A DNA stretch of 64,000 bases from an uncultured Planctomycetota bacterium (GTDB taxonomy: Bacteria; Planctomycetota; Planctomycetia; Gemmatales; Gemmataceae): contig CAWKHF010000007.1 in NCBI GenBank assembly GCA_963849325.1, positions 1 through 64,000 on the forward strand, written 5' to 3'. Below the pieces are notes generated by a model, which worked only from the letters and a program-made list of their open reading frames with translations, ran no database searches and was not told where the DNA came from. Made by a program: the position numbers and the translations under genes. Below, in pieces: positions 17,253 to 29,047 of the stretch. Numbering within the stretch: position 1 is the first letter of the stretch; every line of letters starts with the position of its first letter.

Positions 17253-20112
17253 CTAAACGGCCCCGACGCGGCGCCGGCGTCCGGCACGATGCGGATTACC
17301 GTCGAGGAGTTTGTCGAGATCATAAGATCCCAATTTTGTCAACTGTCCCGCGAAGTGTTCTTCCAGCAGCGGCCGGACGTGATGCTGCCAGATGATGCGC
17401 AGCCGCGCCTCGTCGAGATCGGGCACCATGAAATAACTATGTCCGACCTGCGCCTGCGGGCCGAGGTCGGCGCGGAGGCGGGCGTTGAGGCGCTCGAACA
17501 GCAGCAGCACGCGCTCGGCAAAGGCGGCGCCAGCGGCCGGTGCGTGGGCTTGCAGCCAGCGCGCCAGTACACCGGCGTCGGGCGGCATCTCCAAGAACGA
17601 GAAACGACGCCGCAGCGCCTGATCGATCAGGGCCACCGAGCGGTCGGCCGCGTTCATCGTGGCCAGCAGGTACAGGTTCGCCGGCAGCCGGAAGCTGCGC
17701 CGCGAGCACGGCAGGCACACCGACTGTTCGCGGTACTCCAGCAGGTAGAGCAATTCGCCGAAGATGCGCGGCAGGTTGCCGCGGTTGATCTCGTCGATTA
17801 GCAGCACGTGCGTCTCGGCGGGGCGGCGGGCGGCCTCCTCGGCGAAGGCGCACAGCAGGCCGTCCTCGACCGGATACGTCACGTCGGAGCGGCCATCCAC
17901 CGTCACCGAGCGCACCTTGACGCCCTCGACGAACTCCTCGTAACTGTAGGCGGGGTGGAACTGCACTAGACGAATGCAGTCATCGCGGCCGCCGGCCAGC
18001 AGCCGGGCCAGGTGGCGGGCGACGTGCGTCTTGCCGGTGCCGGGAACGCCCTGCAAGATCAGTTGACGCTTCAATTCGAGCAGACCCCGCGCTCGGTCGA
18101 GCCAGTCGCGGCCGAGCAGGGTCGCACGCTGGAAATCGTCGGCCGTGTACGGCTCGCCCGGCAGCGCTCCGCCCAGGCAGCGGAGGAGGAACGCCGGCGC
18201 GTCCTCCTCGACGGCACAGGCATAGAGGGGCAGCAAGCGATCGAACGTCAGAAGGATCTCGCCGGCCAGCTCATCGCCGGGCAAAAGAGCGGCACCGGCA
18301 GCCAGGGCACGCGAAACCTCGAAGGAGCGACCCTCGGCCCACGAGCGCAGATCGTCCGGGGTGGCGAGGATTCCCTCGCTCCCCGGCACGTCCGCCGAAC
18401 CGAAGCGGCATTCACTCAGCGCACCGCGGTCGCGCAAGGCGCGGAACAGCAATTCGGCATGATTTCGTACCTGCCGGCGAAAGCGCTGGATGGGGCCGCG
18501 CGCCTTGCGGCCCAGGCGCAGGCCGTAACGCAAACCCTCGCCATCGAGGCGGACGAAGAACTGTACGTCCTCGCGCGGACCTCCGCCGATCCGCCGGCAG
18601 AAGGCGATCCACAGCGCAGTGTTGTACGGCTGAGTGCGGCCGTAGGCGTTCTTGCATATGCTCGTCAACGCTCGCCCGCTACGCGGCTGCGTGTCGAGGT
18701 GCCAGCCGTGCGCGCCGCGCAGCACCGGCTCGACGTAGCGCCCGGCGAGGGCGCGGCACAGCTCGATCAGCGGCTCGCGCACGGCGAAGCGGTAACGATC
18801 GCGCTGACGTTCCATCCACTCGCGCTGGTTATTGTGAGCCAGCTCGCCGAGGAAATGGAAGGTATCGGCGCAGAAGCCCGCGAATTCTGGATCGGGAAGC
18901 GTGGATTGGGAAGCGTGGCCGGATCGATCCTCGGCACACGCGGCCAGGACAGCGGGCATCTCCAGCGGGTGAAGCTGATGTCGGCAGCGCAGCCAGGCGA
19001 CGCCCTCGTTGAAGAGGCGGTAGCGCTCCGCCGGCGGCTCCTCGATGCTCAGGCTGTCGTCGAGCGGGGCGTAGCCGGCGCGGACGGCTTCGTCCCAGGG
19101 GGCGAAATTCTGCGGGTCGCGCAGGTGCAGCACGGCGGCCGGCAGCCACAGGCCGGCGCCGGGGATCGGATCCGCCGCCCAGAAGTCGGCGAGCGTCCGA
19201 TACGGATCGTCCGTCTCCCACAGCCGGCCAACCCACAGCGTCAGTGTCTCGGCTTGTTCGCCCCAGTCGAGCGGCGAACGCATGCAGCCGTGGGGGTCCG
19301 CCGTTGCCAGGGCGTCGCCCAGCAGCTTGCCATCGCAGCGGGCCAGGGCGGTCTCCATCTGTTCCTGACCACGCGCCAGCGCCGCGCCGCGATCCTTGAG
19401 ACGTTCGCGCAGCGACAATCGGCCGCGCTCGCGCTGGATGGCCGAGCGAATCGATGCGCCGCCCTCCTCGGCGATGTCCTCGTTCCGCGGCAGGTTGCGG
19501 CCGCGCATGGCCGCGACGAGCGTGAGGAAATGATCAACGTGCAGCGCGGACAGCGCCGGCTCCCTCTCGCGGATGCGGCGCATAAGCCGACAGTAAGCCG
19601 ACGTACATCGTCTCCGGGCCGTCGCCGCGGCGCCAGCTCGACAGCCCAAGGCGCTCCAGCCCGGCGAAGATGGCGGGAGACCAGCCGGGGTTCTGCAAGG
19701 GCCGCAGTCCTTGCAGCAGGGCCGACCAGAAGTGCGGTCCCAGGCCCGCGACGTGGTAGGCCCCGGATAGGCTCAGGCACGCCGCCGCCTTGACCGGCAG
19801 CGGATCGCGGCCGCGCAGCAGGTACGACAGACCGTGGCGGACGATACCGGCGCGGCGGCGCAGGGTCTCCACGTGCAAGGGTGGATCGACGCAGGCTTCG
19901 TAAAAGCGGACCAGGGCGTCGGCGAGTGGCTCCAGGCCGGCGCTATCGACGAAGTCGGCATAGAGGAAGCGAGCCGAGGCGGACAGAACGGCGGCGAAGC
20001 GCGGCCCCAGCCCCGGCAGATGGTGCAACTCGGCCGCGTCCGGCACGCCGGCGCGCGTGTAAGCGTGCAGCAGCGGGACCAGGGGCAGATGTTCCTGTGT
20101 GGATGTCTTCAT
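17253..20112 (-). CDS. mcrB: McrB-family AAA+ GTPase with two N-terminal HhH-like domains and a DUF2461-like domain (frameshift near 19580)
   Basis: GVPGTGKT, VQFHPAYSYEEFVEG, DEINRGN, MNAADRS, ALRRRF; FAGFCADTFHFLGELAHNNQREWM (DUF2461-like); ORFs 19534-20193 and 17253-19649 overlap. Confidence 0.88.
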
Positions 20113-20202
20113 GGACCATCCGCCTTCCTGGACCGTAACGCACGGCAACCATAACGATTGTACCAACTGTAACGGCGTCGATCTTCTGTTCAAACGTACA
20201 GA

Positions 20203-20315
20203 AAATGGCGAACGGCCGGCGTCAGCCGGCTGGTGTGGGTCACACCAGCCGGCTTACGCCGGCCGTTCGCCATTTGGACACCAGCCGGCTTACGCCGGCC
20301 GTTCGCCATTTGGAC
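20203..20315. repeat. REP-like family C: inverted pair plus tandem duplicate of the right arm
   Basis: AAATGGCGAACGGCCGGCGTCAGCCGGCTGGTGT, then ACACCAGCCGGCTTACGCCGGCCGTTCGCCATTTGG twice (36-bp period). Confidence 0.9.
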
Positions 20316-20326
20316 CGCCCGACCGT

Positions 20327-21100
20327 TTATCCGCGAGTTGCCGCCAGGGCCAGGTAGAGATGGCCGAGGTGATGCCAGGCGCTGGTGTCGGGCAGTTGCG
20401 CGACGGCCGCGGTGAGAGCGGCGTGCGCCTCGGCGATGCGGCCGAGGAAGAGGGCGGCCATGCCGCGATTGAAGAGGACCGGCACGCTGACCTTCTGGGT
20501 CTGCCACAGCGCCAGCGCCTCGTCGGCGCGGCCGCGATGCCAGGCCAGAGCTGCCTCCTCGTTGGCTCGCGCGGCCTCCCACGCTGCCGGCACACTCGGT
20601 TTCGATGAAAGCAGCGTCGCGGCCTCCTCGAAGCGACGGGCCAAACGCAGCACGCCTGCCGCCAGCAGAACCTGTGGATAAGCGTGCGTCCGCGTTGCCC
20701 ATTGCAGCACGGCAGGCGGCACGGAGGCGGGCCGGCCGGGCGATGGCCGCAGGACGGTCAGGTCGCCTCCGCCCAGCAGCGGATGCAAGTTGCGCACCAG
20801 CGCCGGAAAGTTGCCCGCACAGAAGGCCAGAGCGATCGCTGGTTCCTGGGCGGCTACCAGGGTCGGCCAGTCGGGAGGCACCTCCCAGCGCGCTGGCATG
20901 CGTCCCTCGACGAAATGACGCACTCCAGCCAGGGCGTCCTCCCACGCCTGCCGCGGATCGACCGGCTGCACTGGCACGGCTTCATAGGGCCGCACCTGGC
21001 CGTCCGCATCCGCCAATCCCAACCCCTCGATCTGGGCCATCATTTGACCGTGCAGGTATTGCTTGAACAGGTCGGCCAACGATTGCGGTGTCTGGCTCAT
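20327..21100 (-). CDS. Tetratricopeptide-repeat protein
   Basis: ANEEAALAWHRGRADEALALW, VLFNRGMAALFLG. Confidence 0.8.
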   Translation of the reverse strand: MSQTPQSLADLFKQYLHGQMMAQIEGLGLADADGQVRPYEAVPVQPVDPRQAWEDALAGVRHFVEGRMPARWEVPPDWPTLVAAQEPAIALAFCAGNFPALVRNLHPLLGGGDLTVLRPSPGRPASVPPAVLQWATRTHAYPQVLLAAGVLRLARRFEEAATLLSSKPSVPAAWEAARANEEAALAWHRGRADEALALWQTQKVSVPVLFNRGMAALFLGRIAEAHAALTAAVAQLPDTSAWHHLGHLYLALAATRG

Positions 21101-21295
21101 GGCTTCACTCCCGGCCTCTGTGCGCATTCTGTTCCTTGTCTATCGGAGAACGCATCCGAGCGAAAAACTTGCGCGGCTCGCTGGCGATCTTCGTCCGGCT
21201 CGCCCGTCCTTCGGCAGACAAGCGGGGCCGCTTGGTCTATGATAGCGGAAGTTGAGCAAGAGAAGGAAGTTGCGGCGGCCGGAGGAGGACCACCC

Positions 21296-22225
21296 ATGTT
21301 CGCCAGTTTGCGTGCCCTTCTGACGGGGATTCTCGATTATGCGGGCCTGTTTCCGCCCGCCAAGCTGCCGCTCGACCACGCCATCCGCAATTACGCCCGC
21401 TATCGTCAGGAAGCCGACGCCTGGATGCTCGGTCGCTTCGTCCTCCCGGCCGCTCGACTGGAAGACCTGGAGCCGTACCACGACGAATTGTTCCACTCCG
21501 ATCCGCCGTTCGCCTTCTCCGCGCTGGGCCGTGGCGGGGCGACGATGAAGGAGTTTCTCGCCGGTTTGCGGGACGACCTCCGCGACATCGCCGCCTTCCG
21601 CAAACGCCACGGCGATCGCGTTACCGTGGACGTGCTGGAAACACGCATCCCGGCGGACCTCGCCGATCCGATGCGCCCCGATTCGACCCTGGACCTGTTG
21701 AAGATCGTGCGCCTTTTCCCGGCCGTCGATCTGTTCTTGTTCGGCGAGGCGCCCGGTCAACCGGACGGACTTCTGGAGCAACTGAGGCGATTGTCCGGCG
21801 AGCCGGTGGGGTTCAAGCTGCGCTGCGGCGGCCTGGAGGCGTCCGCTTTTCCGTCCAGCCAGCAGATCGCGTCCGCCCTGCGCGCCTGTCTCGACGCCGG
21901 AGTGCCGTTCAAGGCGACGGCGGGACTGCATCATCCGCTGCCGCGGATCGATCCCTCCTCGCAGGCGCGGATGCACGGTTTCATCAACCTTTTCCTCGCC
22001 GGCGTGCTGGCCCATTCGCGCCACCTGAGTGTCGAGCAAGTCCGCCTGATTCTCGACGACGATCGTCCGGGACATTTCGTCTTCACCGAGAAAGCGGTGA
22101 GTTGGCGGAAGGTCCGAGCGACCGCGAAGGAGATCGCCGCCAGCCGGCGCGTGGCTGTCCTGTCCTTCGGCAGTTGCAGCTTCGACGAGCCGCGCGAGGA
22201 ACTGCGTTCGCTCGGCTGGCTGTAG
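21296..22225 (+). CDS. Conserved hypothetical protein
   Basis: DYAGLFPP, GFKLRCGG, PFKATAGLHHP, SFGSCSFDEP; GGAGGAGG RBS. Confidence 0.85.
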   Translation: MFASLRALLTGILDYAGLFPPAKLPLDHAIRNYARYRQEADAWMLGRFVLPAARLEDLEPYHDELFHSDPPFAFSALGRGGATMKEFLAGLRDDLRDIAAFRKRHGDRVTVDVLETRIPADLADPMRPDSTLDLLKIVRLFPAVDLFLFGEAPGQPDGLLEQLRRLSGEPVGFKLRCGGLEASAFPSSQQIASALRACLDAGVPFKATAGLHHPLPRIDPSSQARMHGFINLFLAGVLAHSRHLSVEQVRLILDDDRPGHFVFTEKAVSWRKVRATAKEIAASRRVAVLSFGSCSFDEPREELRSLGWL

Positions 22226-22233
22226 CGACTCAT

Positions 22234-22287
22234 AGCGATCAGCAATCAGCAATCAGCAAAAAACGGAATGATCGCTGATCGCTGATC
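22234..22287. repeat. Inverted 7-mer tandem repeats
   Basis: AGCGATC/AGCAATC x3, then GATCGCT x2 after an A-tract. Confidence 0.75.
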
Positions 22288-22468
22288 TATGAGGAGTTTT
22301 TTCTTGACGGCGTTGACGGGGCGCGGCATGTTGAGATCGTGACTCGACAGCCCATCGGGGAGGAAGTCCCCACGAGTACAGAAGTCCCCTAGGACGGGGT
22401 TTGCCCGCCGCCCCTTCTTTCACGCTGGCGACGACAGGCCGCCCCGAGTCGAAGGGTAGGAGGTCGCC

Positions 22469-22837
22469 ATGTTATTCGCCCCTTCGCGTTGGCGCCTGAT
22501 CATCCAGGTGATCGGTGATGTTACCGTCATCCGCTTCGCGGGCACCGCCATCCACCTCCACGAGCCGGATGCGCAACGTCTGCGGGAGACGTTGTTCCGG
22601 CTGGTCGAGAGGACCGAGGGACGGCACCTCCTCCTCGACCTGGGGAACGTCGATTTCCTGACCAGCGACACGGTTGAGGCGCTGCTGGCCCTGCATCGCG
22701 CGCTGCGTGTCCGCGGCGGCCGCCTGTCGCTAGGCAACCTCACTCCCGTGATCGCCGAAATCTTTGACGCCCTGCGACTGGGCATCGTCCTGGACGTGCA
22801 TCCTGGTCCCTTCAGGGCGGACCTCGGCGATTCGTGA
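22469..22837 (+). CDS. STAS-domain anti-sigma factor antagonist
   Basis: LLLDLGNVDFLTS, GGRLSLGNLTPVIAEIF; AGGAGG RBS. Confidence 0.88.
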   Translation: MLFAPSRWRLIIQVIGDVTVIRFAGTAIHLHEPDAQRLRETLFRLVERTEGRHLLLDLGNVDFLTSDTVEALLALHRALRVRGGRLSLGNLTPVIAEIFDALRLGIVLDVHPGPFRADLGDS

Positions 22838-22943
22838 CCGTCCGGAAAGGATCGTCCGCATTATCCGTCCGGAGCGACTATTTCCACCAATGGCCGAGAA
22901 GGCGCTTGGCTCTGCCCGTCCTTCTCGGCAGCGAGGATCCTCC

Positions 22944-23207
22944 ATGGCGCAGTTCATCGTCTTCACGACCGAAGGAGAGGACTCGGAAGGAATCCGCACG
23001 GATTGGTTCATTAACGTCGAACAGATCTGCAAAGTGGTCACGGCCAGCCCCAGGGGCGCCGTGGAGTCCGCCGAGGTCTACATGTCCGACGGCAACAAAG
23101 TGCTCTTGCAAGGGCAATCCGCCGTCGATCTCGTGACCTTGCTCACCCGGTCGGAGAACTCGCTCGATGTGGAAGAGAGAGGCTCGAAAGAAGGGAATAG
23201 GGAATAG
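22944..23207 (+). CDS. Small hypothetical protein
   Basis: MAQFIVFT...WFINVEQI; GAGGA RBS; the stop codon lies inside the heptamer repeat. Confidence 0.65.
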   Translation: MAQFIVFTTEGEDSEGIRTDWFINVEQICKVVTASPRGAVESAEVYMSDGNKVLLQGQSAVDLVTLLTRSENSLDVEERGSKEGNRE

Positions 23208-23302
23208 GGAATAGGGGCGAGAGAAGAGACTTCTTCTTCCCTCGCCCCTATTCCCTATTCCCTATTCCCTATTCCCTTCTATTCCCTATTCCCTATTCCC
23301 TT
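23191..23302. repeat. Inverted GGGAATA/TATTCCC heptamer arrays
   Basis: (GGGAATA)x3 facing about seven CTATTCC units. Confidence 0.9.
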
Positions 23303-23456
23303 CTTCCGAACATTGCGATGGCGGGAAAACTCGGGCCGCGATAGGATCAAGGACCGACCCCGAGACCGACTCCGGGGGCGAGACCGCGGACAGACATTTC
23401 GTGGCTTCGGGGCGTTCCGGCCATCGATGTCTCCGCCCCGTCAGTGAGGTTGGGCG

Positions 23457-25515
23457 ATGATGAGCGAATGCTTCCCCCGGATGAGATGGGTTGTCACGGT
23501 GCTGGTCGTCGCGGCCGGCCTGTTGTCGCTAACCGCGCCGGTGCCGGCCGAACCGACGCTCGGCAAGCAGGATCCTCTCGTGGCGCAGATGGTCTGCGAG
23601 TTTCTCCAACGCGGCCACCTGAGCCGGCCGGAGATCGACGACGACGTCTCGCGCCGGCTCTTTCGCCGCTTCCTCAAGGAACTCGACTCCGGCAAACTGT
23701 ATTTCCTCAAGAGCGACATCGAGGAGTTCAAGAAGTACGAGACGGAACTGGACGACATGCTCCTGCAAGGCGACCTCCGCTTCCCTTACACAGTCTACGA
23801 GCGGCTCGTGAAACGGATCGGCGAGCGCCAGAAGCTGGTCGAGGAGTTCGTCGCCGCCAAGCACGATTACACCGTGAAGGAGTACCTGGAGACCGACCCC
23901 GACGCCATCGAGTACACCGGTACCGAGGACGAACTGCGCGAGCGCTGGCGGAAGCGAATCAAGTTCGACCTGCTGGTCCAGCGGCTCGGCGAGAAGCCGG
24001 TCCCCGAAGCCGAGGCCCGTGAGAAGGTACTCAACCGCTACAAGGCTTTGCTGCAGGCGCTGGAAGCAGGTGGACAACTTCGACCTGCTGGAAATGTACC
24101 TGTCCGACCTGACCACCAGCATCGATCCGCATTCGACGTACCTGTCGCCGGCGACGCTGGACGAATTCGAGATCGCCCTGCGCCTGAACCTGGACGGCAT
24201 CGGGGCGGTCCTGCGCTCGGAGAATGGGCAAGTCATCGTGGCCGAAGTGGTGCCCGGCGGCGCGGCGGCGAAGGACGGCCGACTCAAGCCCAAGGACAAG
24301 ATCGTCGGCGTGGCGCAAGGCGACGGCAAATTCGTGGACACCGTGGACATGAAACTGCGCGACGCGGTCAAGATCATCCGCGGGCCACGCGGGACCAAGG
24401 TGCAGCTCGAAGATCGTCCCGGCCGGCAAGATCGAGCCAGTCGTCTACGAGCTGACCCGGCAGAAGATCGAATTGAAGTCGCAGGAAGCGCGCAGCGAGA
24501 TCATCGAGCAGGGCAAGAAAGACGGCGGCGGACCCTATCGGATCGGCGTCATCGATCTGCCGTCGTTCTACGCCGACCCCGGCAACGGGCCGGGCGAGCG
24601 AAGAGTGCCACCGAGGACGTCCGCAAAATCCTCAAGGAGTTCGAGTCCAAGCACGTGGACGGCGTGATCCTCGACCTGCGCCACAACGGCGGCGGTTTGC
24701 TGAGCGAGGCACTGGCCTTGACCGGACTGTTCATCGATCAGGGTCCGATCGTGCAGGTGAAAGGTTCGCAGGGCCGCGTGCAGCGCAAGGACGACCCGGA
24801 GAAAGGCACCGCCTATGCCGGGCCGTTGATGGTACTGGTCAGCCATTTCAGCGCCAGCGCCGCCGGAGATCCTCGCCGGCGCCATGCAGGACTATGGCCG
24901 GGCGCTCGTCGTCGGCGACTCGTCCACCTACGGCAAGGGCACGGTGCAGACGGTCGTCGAACTCGGTAATCAACTTGCAGACCCAGATCCCGCCCAAGCT
25001 CGGCGCCCTCAAGCTGACCATCCAGCAGTTCTATCGCGTCAACGGCGACAGTACGCAGTCGCGCGGCGTGGTCTCCGACATCGTTCTGCCGTCGTTCACG
25101 GAATACATCGGCGGCGTTGAGAAGGAGCAGGACTACGCCCTGCCGTTCGATCGAGTCAAACCAGCCGACCACGACGACCTTCGGCATGGTCTCGGCCGGA
25201 CTCAAGGCCGTGCTGAAAGAGCGCTCGGCCCGCCGCATCAAGGAATCCACGGACTTCGCCAAGCTGGCAAAAGAGATCGAACTGCTCAAGGCGTGGAAGG
25301 ACCGCAAGAGGGTGCCGCTCGACGAGAAAGAGCTGCGCGAGCAGTTCAGCAAGGAGGCCGAGGCCAAGATCGAGCAGAAGGCCAACGAGCTTTCGTCCGC
25401 CGAGACGCCGCCGGAAGGCGCCGCCTACAAGTTCAAGCGAAACTTCCTGGGCAAAGAGGTCCTGCACATCATGGAGGACTTCTTGCAGGGAGACAAGTTG
25501 GCTCCGAGTCGCTGA
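23457..25515 (+). CDS. prc: Carboxy-terminal processing (tail-specific) protease, S41 family (several frameshifts)
   Basis: IDPHSTY, GIGAVL (PDZ), [42 protein letters not shown], spread over frames. Confidence 0.9.
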
Positions 25516-25528
25516 CCGCCGGTTGTCC

Positions 25529-25581
25529 AAGCCGCTTGCGGCTTAGCGGGGAAGCGCCGAGCGCTAAGCCGCAAGCGGCTT
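25529..25581. repeat. REP-like palindrome family D
   Basis: AAGCCGCTTGCGGCTTAGCG / CGCTAAGCCGCAAGCGGCTT. Confidence 0.85.
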
Positions 25582-25669
25582 CGGTGAATTTTCGCGGCTT
25601 CGCCCGATTGCGGTTGAGGTCCGGAAGCCATAAGTTGACTCCGGGTATCGGACGCCCGGGAGTCATGGC

Positions 25670-26715
25670 ATGAGCATCCCGTTTCTGCTGGCGGTGGGCG
25701 ACAGCTCGACCCAGAACCTCTCGATCTTCGATCCCGTCTCGCCGCCGGCGGAATCGATCCGCCATCTGTCCCTCCTCGTCCTCGCCATCACCGGAGGCAT
25801 CTTCCTGGTGGTCGAGGGCGTGCTGTTTTATTCCGTCTTCCGTTTTCGCCGTCCGCACGTGCCCGGCGCGAGTGAGCCGCCGCAAGTCTACGGCAGTATG
25901 CCCATCGAGATCGCCTGGACGGCCGCTCCCGCCCTGATCGTCTTCGTCCTCACCCTGGTCATCGCCCGCACCGAGTGGGAGGTGCGCGTCGATCCGTCCC
26001 GGCCGCCGCCGGAACTCCAGGACGCCGGGCGCTGCACGTCACCGTCATCGGCCATCAGTGGTGGTGGGAATACGTCTATGACAAGCGACGGAGGCGACGA
26101 TCTCGGCATCGTCACGGCCAATGAGCTGCACGTGCCGGCGAGCAACCGGCATACGGCCGGCGAACGACGGCCGGTGTTCCTGACGCTGCAGTCGGCCGAC
26201 GTCTCCCACAGTTTCTGGGTGCCGCGCCTGGCCGGCAAGACCGACCTCATTCCCGGCCGGACGAACCGCATGTGGTTCGAGACGGAACGGGCCGAAGTGT
26301 TCCTCGGCCAGTGCGCCGAATATTGCGGTACGCAGCACGCCAACATGCTGCTGCGCGTTTGCGTCGATCCTCCCGAGGAGTTCGATCGCTGGCTGGAGAA
26401 CGAAAAGATGGACGCCCGCGACAGCGACGACCCGGAGGTGCGCAAGGGCAAGCAAGTGTTTCTGGCGCAGTCGTGCGTCAACTGCCATCGGGTGCGCGGC
26501 ACGCCGGCGCGGGCACGTATGGCCCGGACCTGACACACCTGATGCGCCGCGCCACGCTGGCCGCCGGCGTGCTCGCCAATGACCGGGCCGGTCGAAATCT
26601 CCGTCAATGGATCGCCGATCCCCAGAAGATCAAGCCGGGCTGCCTGATGCCGGCCTTCGGCCTGAGCCAGCGCGATCTCGATTGGGTGGTCCGCTACCTC
26701 CTGTCGCTGGAGTAA
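25670..26715 (+). CDS. coxB: Cytochrome c oxidase subunit II with C-terminal cytochrome c (caa3 type), frameshifted
   Basis: [16 protein letters not shown], CuA motif [30 protein letters not shown]. Confidence 0.93.
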
Positions 26716-26725
26716 GGTACAGCCG

Positions 26726-28369
26726 ATGTCCGTTCTCGAACAAGCGCGCTCCTCGCCGCCGCCGTGGACGGCCGTCCTGCACGACTGGGTCGCCACCGTC
26801 GATCACAAGAAGATCGGCGTCCTCTACGTCCTCATGAGCCTGGTGTTCCTGGTCGTCGCCGGCTGCGAGGCGATGCTGATGCGCTGGCAACTCCTCGTCC
26901 CGCGCAACACGTTCTTGCCACCGGACGTCTTCAACCAGATGTTCACCATGCACGGCACGACGATGGTGTTTTTCGTCGGGATGCCGATCCTGATCGGCAT
27001 CGGCAATTATGTGGTGCCGCTGCAAATCGGGGCGCGTGACATGGCCTTCCCGCGCCTCAACGCCCTGGGTTTCTGGGTGACGCTGTTCGGCGGCCTGCTG
27101 GTGTATTTCAGCTTCGCCGCCGGCGCCGCCCCCGATTTCGGCTGGTTCGCCTATGCGCCGTTGACGGAGAAGACCTTCTCCCGTGGTCCGGCGGCCGACT
27201 TCTGGGCGCTGGGCCTGATCGTCAGCGGCATCGGCACCGTGACGGCGGCGGTCAACTTTGTCGCCACCATCCTCGCCCTCCGCGCTCGCGGAATGGCCTT
27301 GTGGAAAGTCCCTTTCTTCACCTGGACCATCTTGTGGACCTCGGTGCAAATCCTGATCGTGCTGCCGCCCTTGACGGCCGCCCTGTTCATGCTGCTGCTC
27401 GACCGCCAGCTCGGGGCGCACTTCTTCGACGCCCAGACCGGCGGCTCGTCCTACCTGTGGCAGCACCTGTTCTGGTTTTTCGGACATCCCGAGGTGTACA
27501 TTCTGATCCTGCCGCGCCTTCGGCATGATCTCCGAGGTAATCCCGGTGTTCTCGCGCAAGGTATTGTTCGGCTACGAGTTCATGGCCGCGGCCACGCTCG
27601 GCAATCGTCTTCATCAGCCTGGGCGTGTGGTCGCATCATATGTTTTGCGTGGGCATGAGCCGGACGCTGGACCTCTACTTCGCGGCGGCCAGCCTGCTCG
27701 TGTCCATCCCCACCGGCATCAAAATGTTCAACTGGTTGGCGACCTTGTACGGCGGCAAATTGTGGTTCGCCTCGCCGATGCTGTTCGCGTTCGGCTTCCT
27801 GTCGCTGTTCCTGATCGGCGGATTGACCGGCATCATGCTGGCGGCGGCGCCGTTCAATTTCCAGCTCTCCGACAGCTATTTCGTCGTCGGGCATTTCCAC
27901 TGGGTACTGATTGGCGGCACCCTGTTCGCCACCTTCGCCGGCCTGCACTACTGGTATCCGAAAGTCACCGGACGCATGTTGTCGGAGCGCCTGGCCCGCT
28001 GGCAGTTCGGTCTGCTGTTCGTGGGTTTTCTCCTGACCTTCGGGCCGATGCACGTCGCCGGCATGTTGGGCATGCCACGGCGCATCTACACCTACCCCGC
28101 CGAGCGCGGCTGGGATCTGTGGAATCAGTTGGCCACGGTCGGCGCGCTTGATCCAGGCGCCGAGTTTCGTTCTGTTCGTGTACAACATCCTCGTGTCGCT
28201 ATGGAAGGGCGAGCCGGCCGGCGACAATCCGTGGGACGCCTGGACGCTGGAGTGGGCGACGACCTCGCCGCCGCCGTCGTACAACTTCGAGGAAGTCCCC
28301 ACGGTCCACAGTCGCCGTCCGCTGTGGGACTTGCAACACCCCGACGACCCCGATTGGCAGTACGAGTGA
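26726..28369 (+). CDS. ctaD: Cytochrome c oxidase subunit I, type A1 (frameshifted)
   Basis: VDHKKIG, TMHGTTM, RDMAFPRLN, FFGHPEVY, WSHHM, PTGIK, VGHFH, GMPRR. Confidence 0.95.
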
Positions 28370-28383
28370 GGGCCCGTACCAAC

Positions 28384-29041
28384 GTGTCGGACGCGCGTAT
28401 CACCTCCGAGTCCCCCGGCCCCGGCACTCCCGTCGAACGAGCGGCGCAGCTGAAACCGCCGGTGATTGCGCCCTATCGAGGTCCAGGCGCCGGGGTGGGG
28501 CATGATCGCCTTTCTGCTGTCGGAAGCGGCGTTTTTCAGCACGCTCATCATGGTGTACGTGGTGTTCCTGGGCGCCGACGCTCGGCCGGGTGGACGCGGA
28601 GGTCCGACCCCGGCCGTTCTCTCGCTCGGCCTGGTCCTGGGTACGACCGTTTGTCTTCTATCCAGCAGCGTCACCATCCACCTGGCCGACAAGGCGCTGA
28701 AAAACGGCGGCGAGATGGGCTTTCGCCTGTGGTGGGCCGCGACGATTGGCCTCGGCATCGTCTTCCTCGCCGGCACCGCCCACGAATGGCGCGATCTGAT
28801 CGGGCAGGGGTTGACCATCCAGCGGAACCTGTTTGGGACCACGTATTACACGCTGGTCGGCTTCCACGGCGTTCACGTGACGGTCGGCGTCATCGTCATG
28901 CTCATCGTGCTCGGCCTGTCGCTGTCCCGGCAGGTGACGGCCCGGAACCGCCAGGGAGTCGAGCTGGTGTCCTGGTACTGGCACTTCGTCGATGGCGTCT
29001 GGGTGGTGGTCTTCACCGTGGTTTACCTCGTGGGACGGTAG
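28384..29041 (+). CDS. ctaE: Cytochrome c oxidase subunit III
   Basis: FLLSEAAFF, YYTLVGFHGVHV, WYWHFVDGVW. Confidence 0.92.
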
Positions 29042-29047
29042 CGAGCC

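Noticed and set aside
20242-20315. 36-bp direct repeats resembling a CRISPR array
   Set aside because: Only two abutting copies with no spacer, part of a REP palindrome, and no cas genes.
22341-22450. Possible riboswitch leader before the STAS gene (GACTCG/CGAGTC, GAAGTCCCC twice)
   Set aside because: Short matches in GC-rich DNA and no recognisable aptamer consensus.
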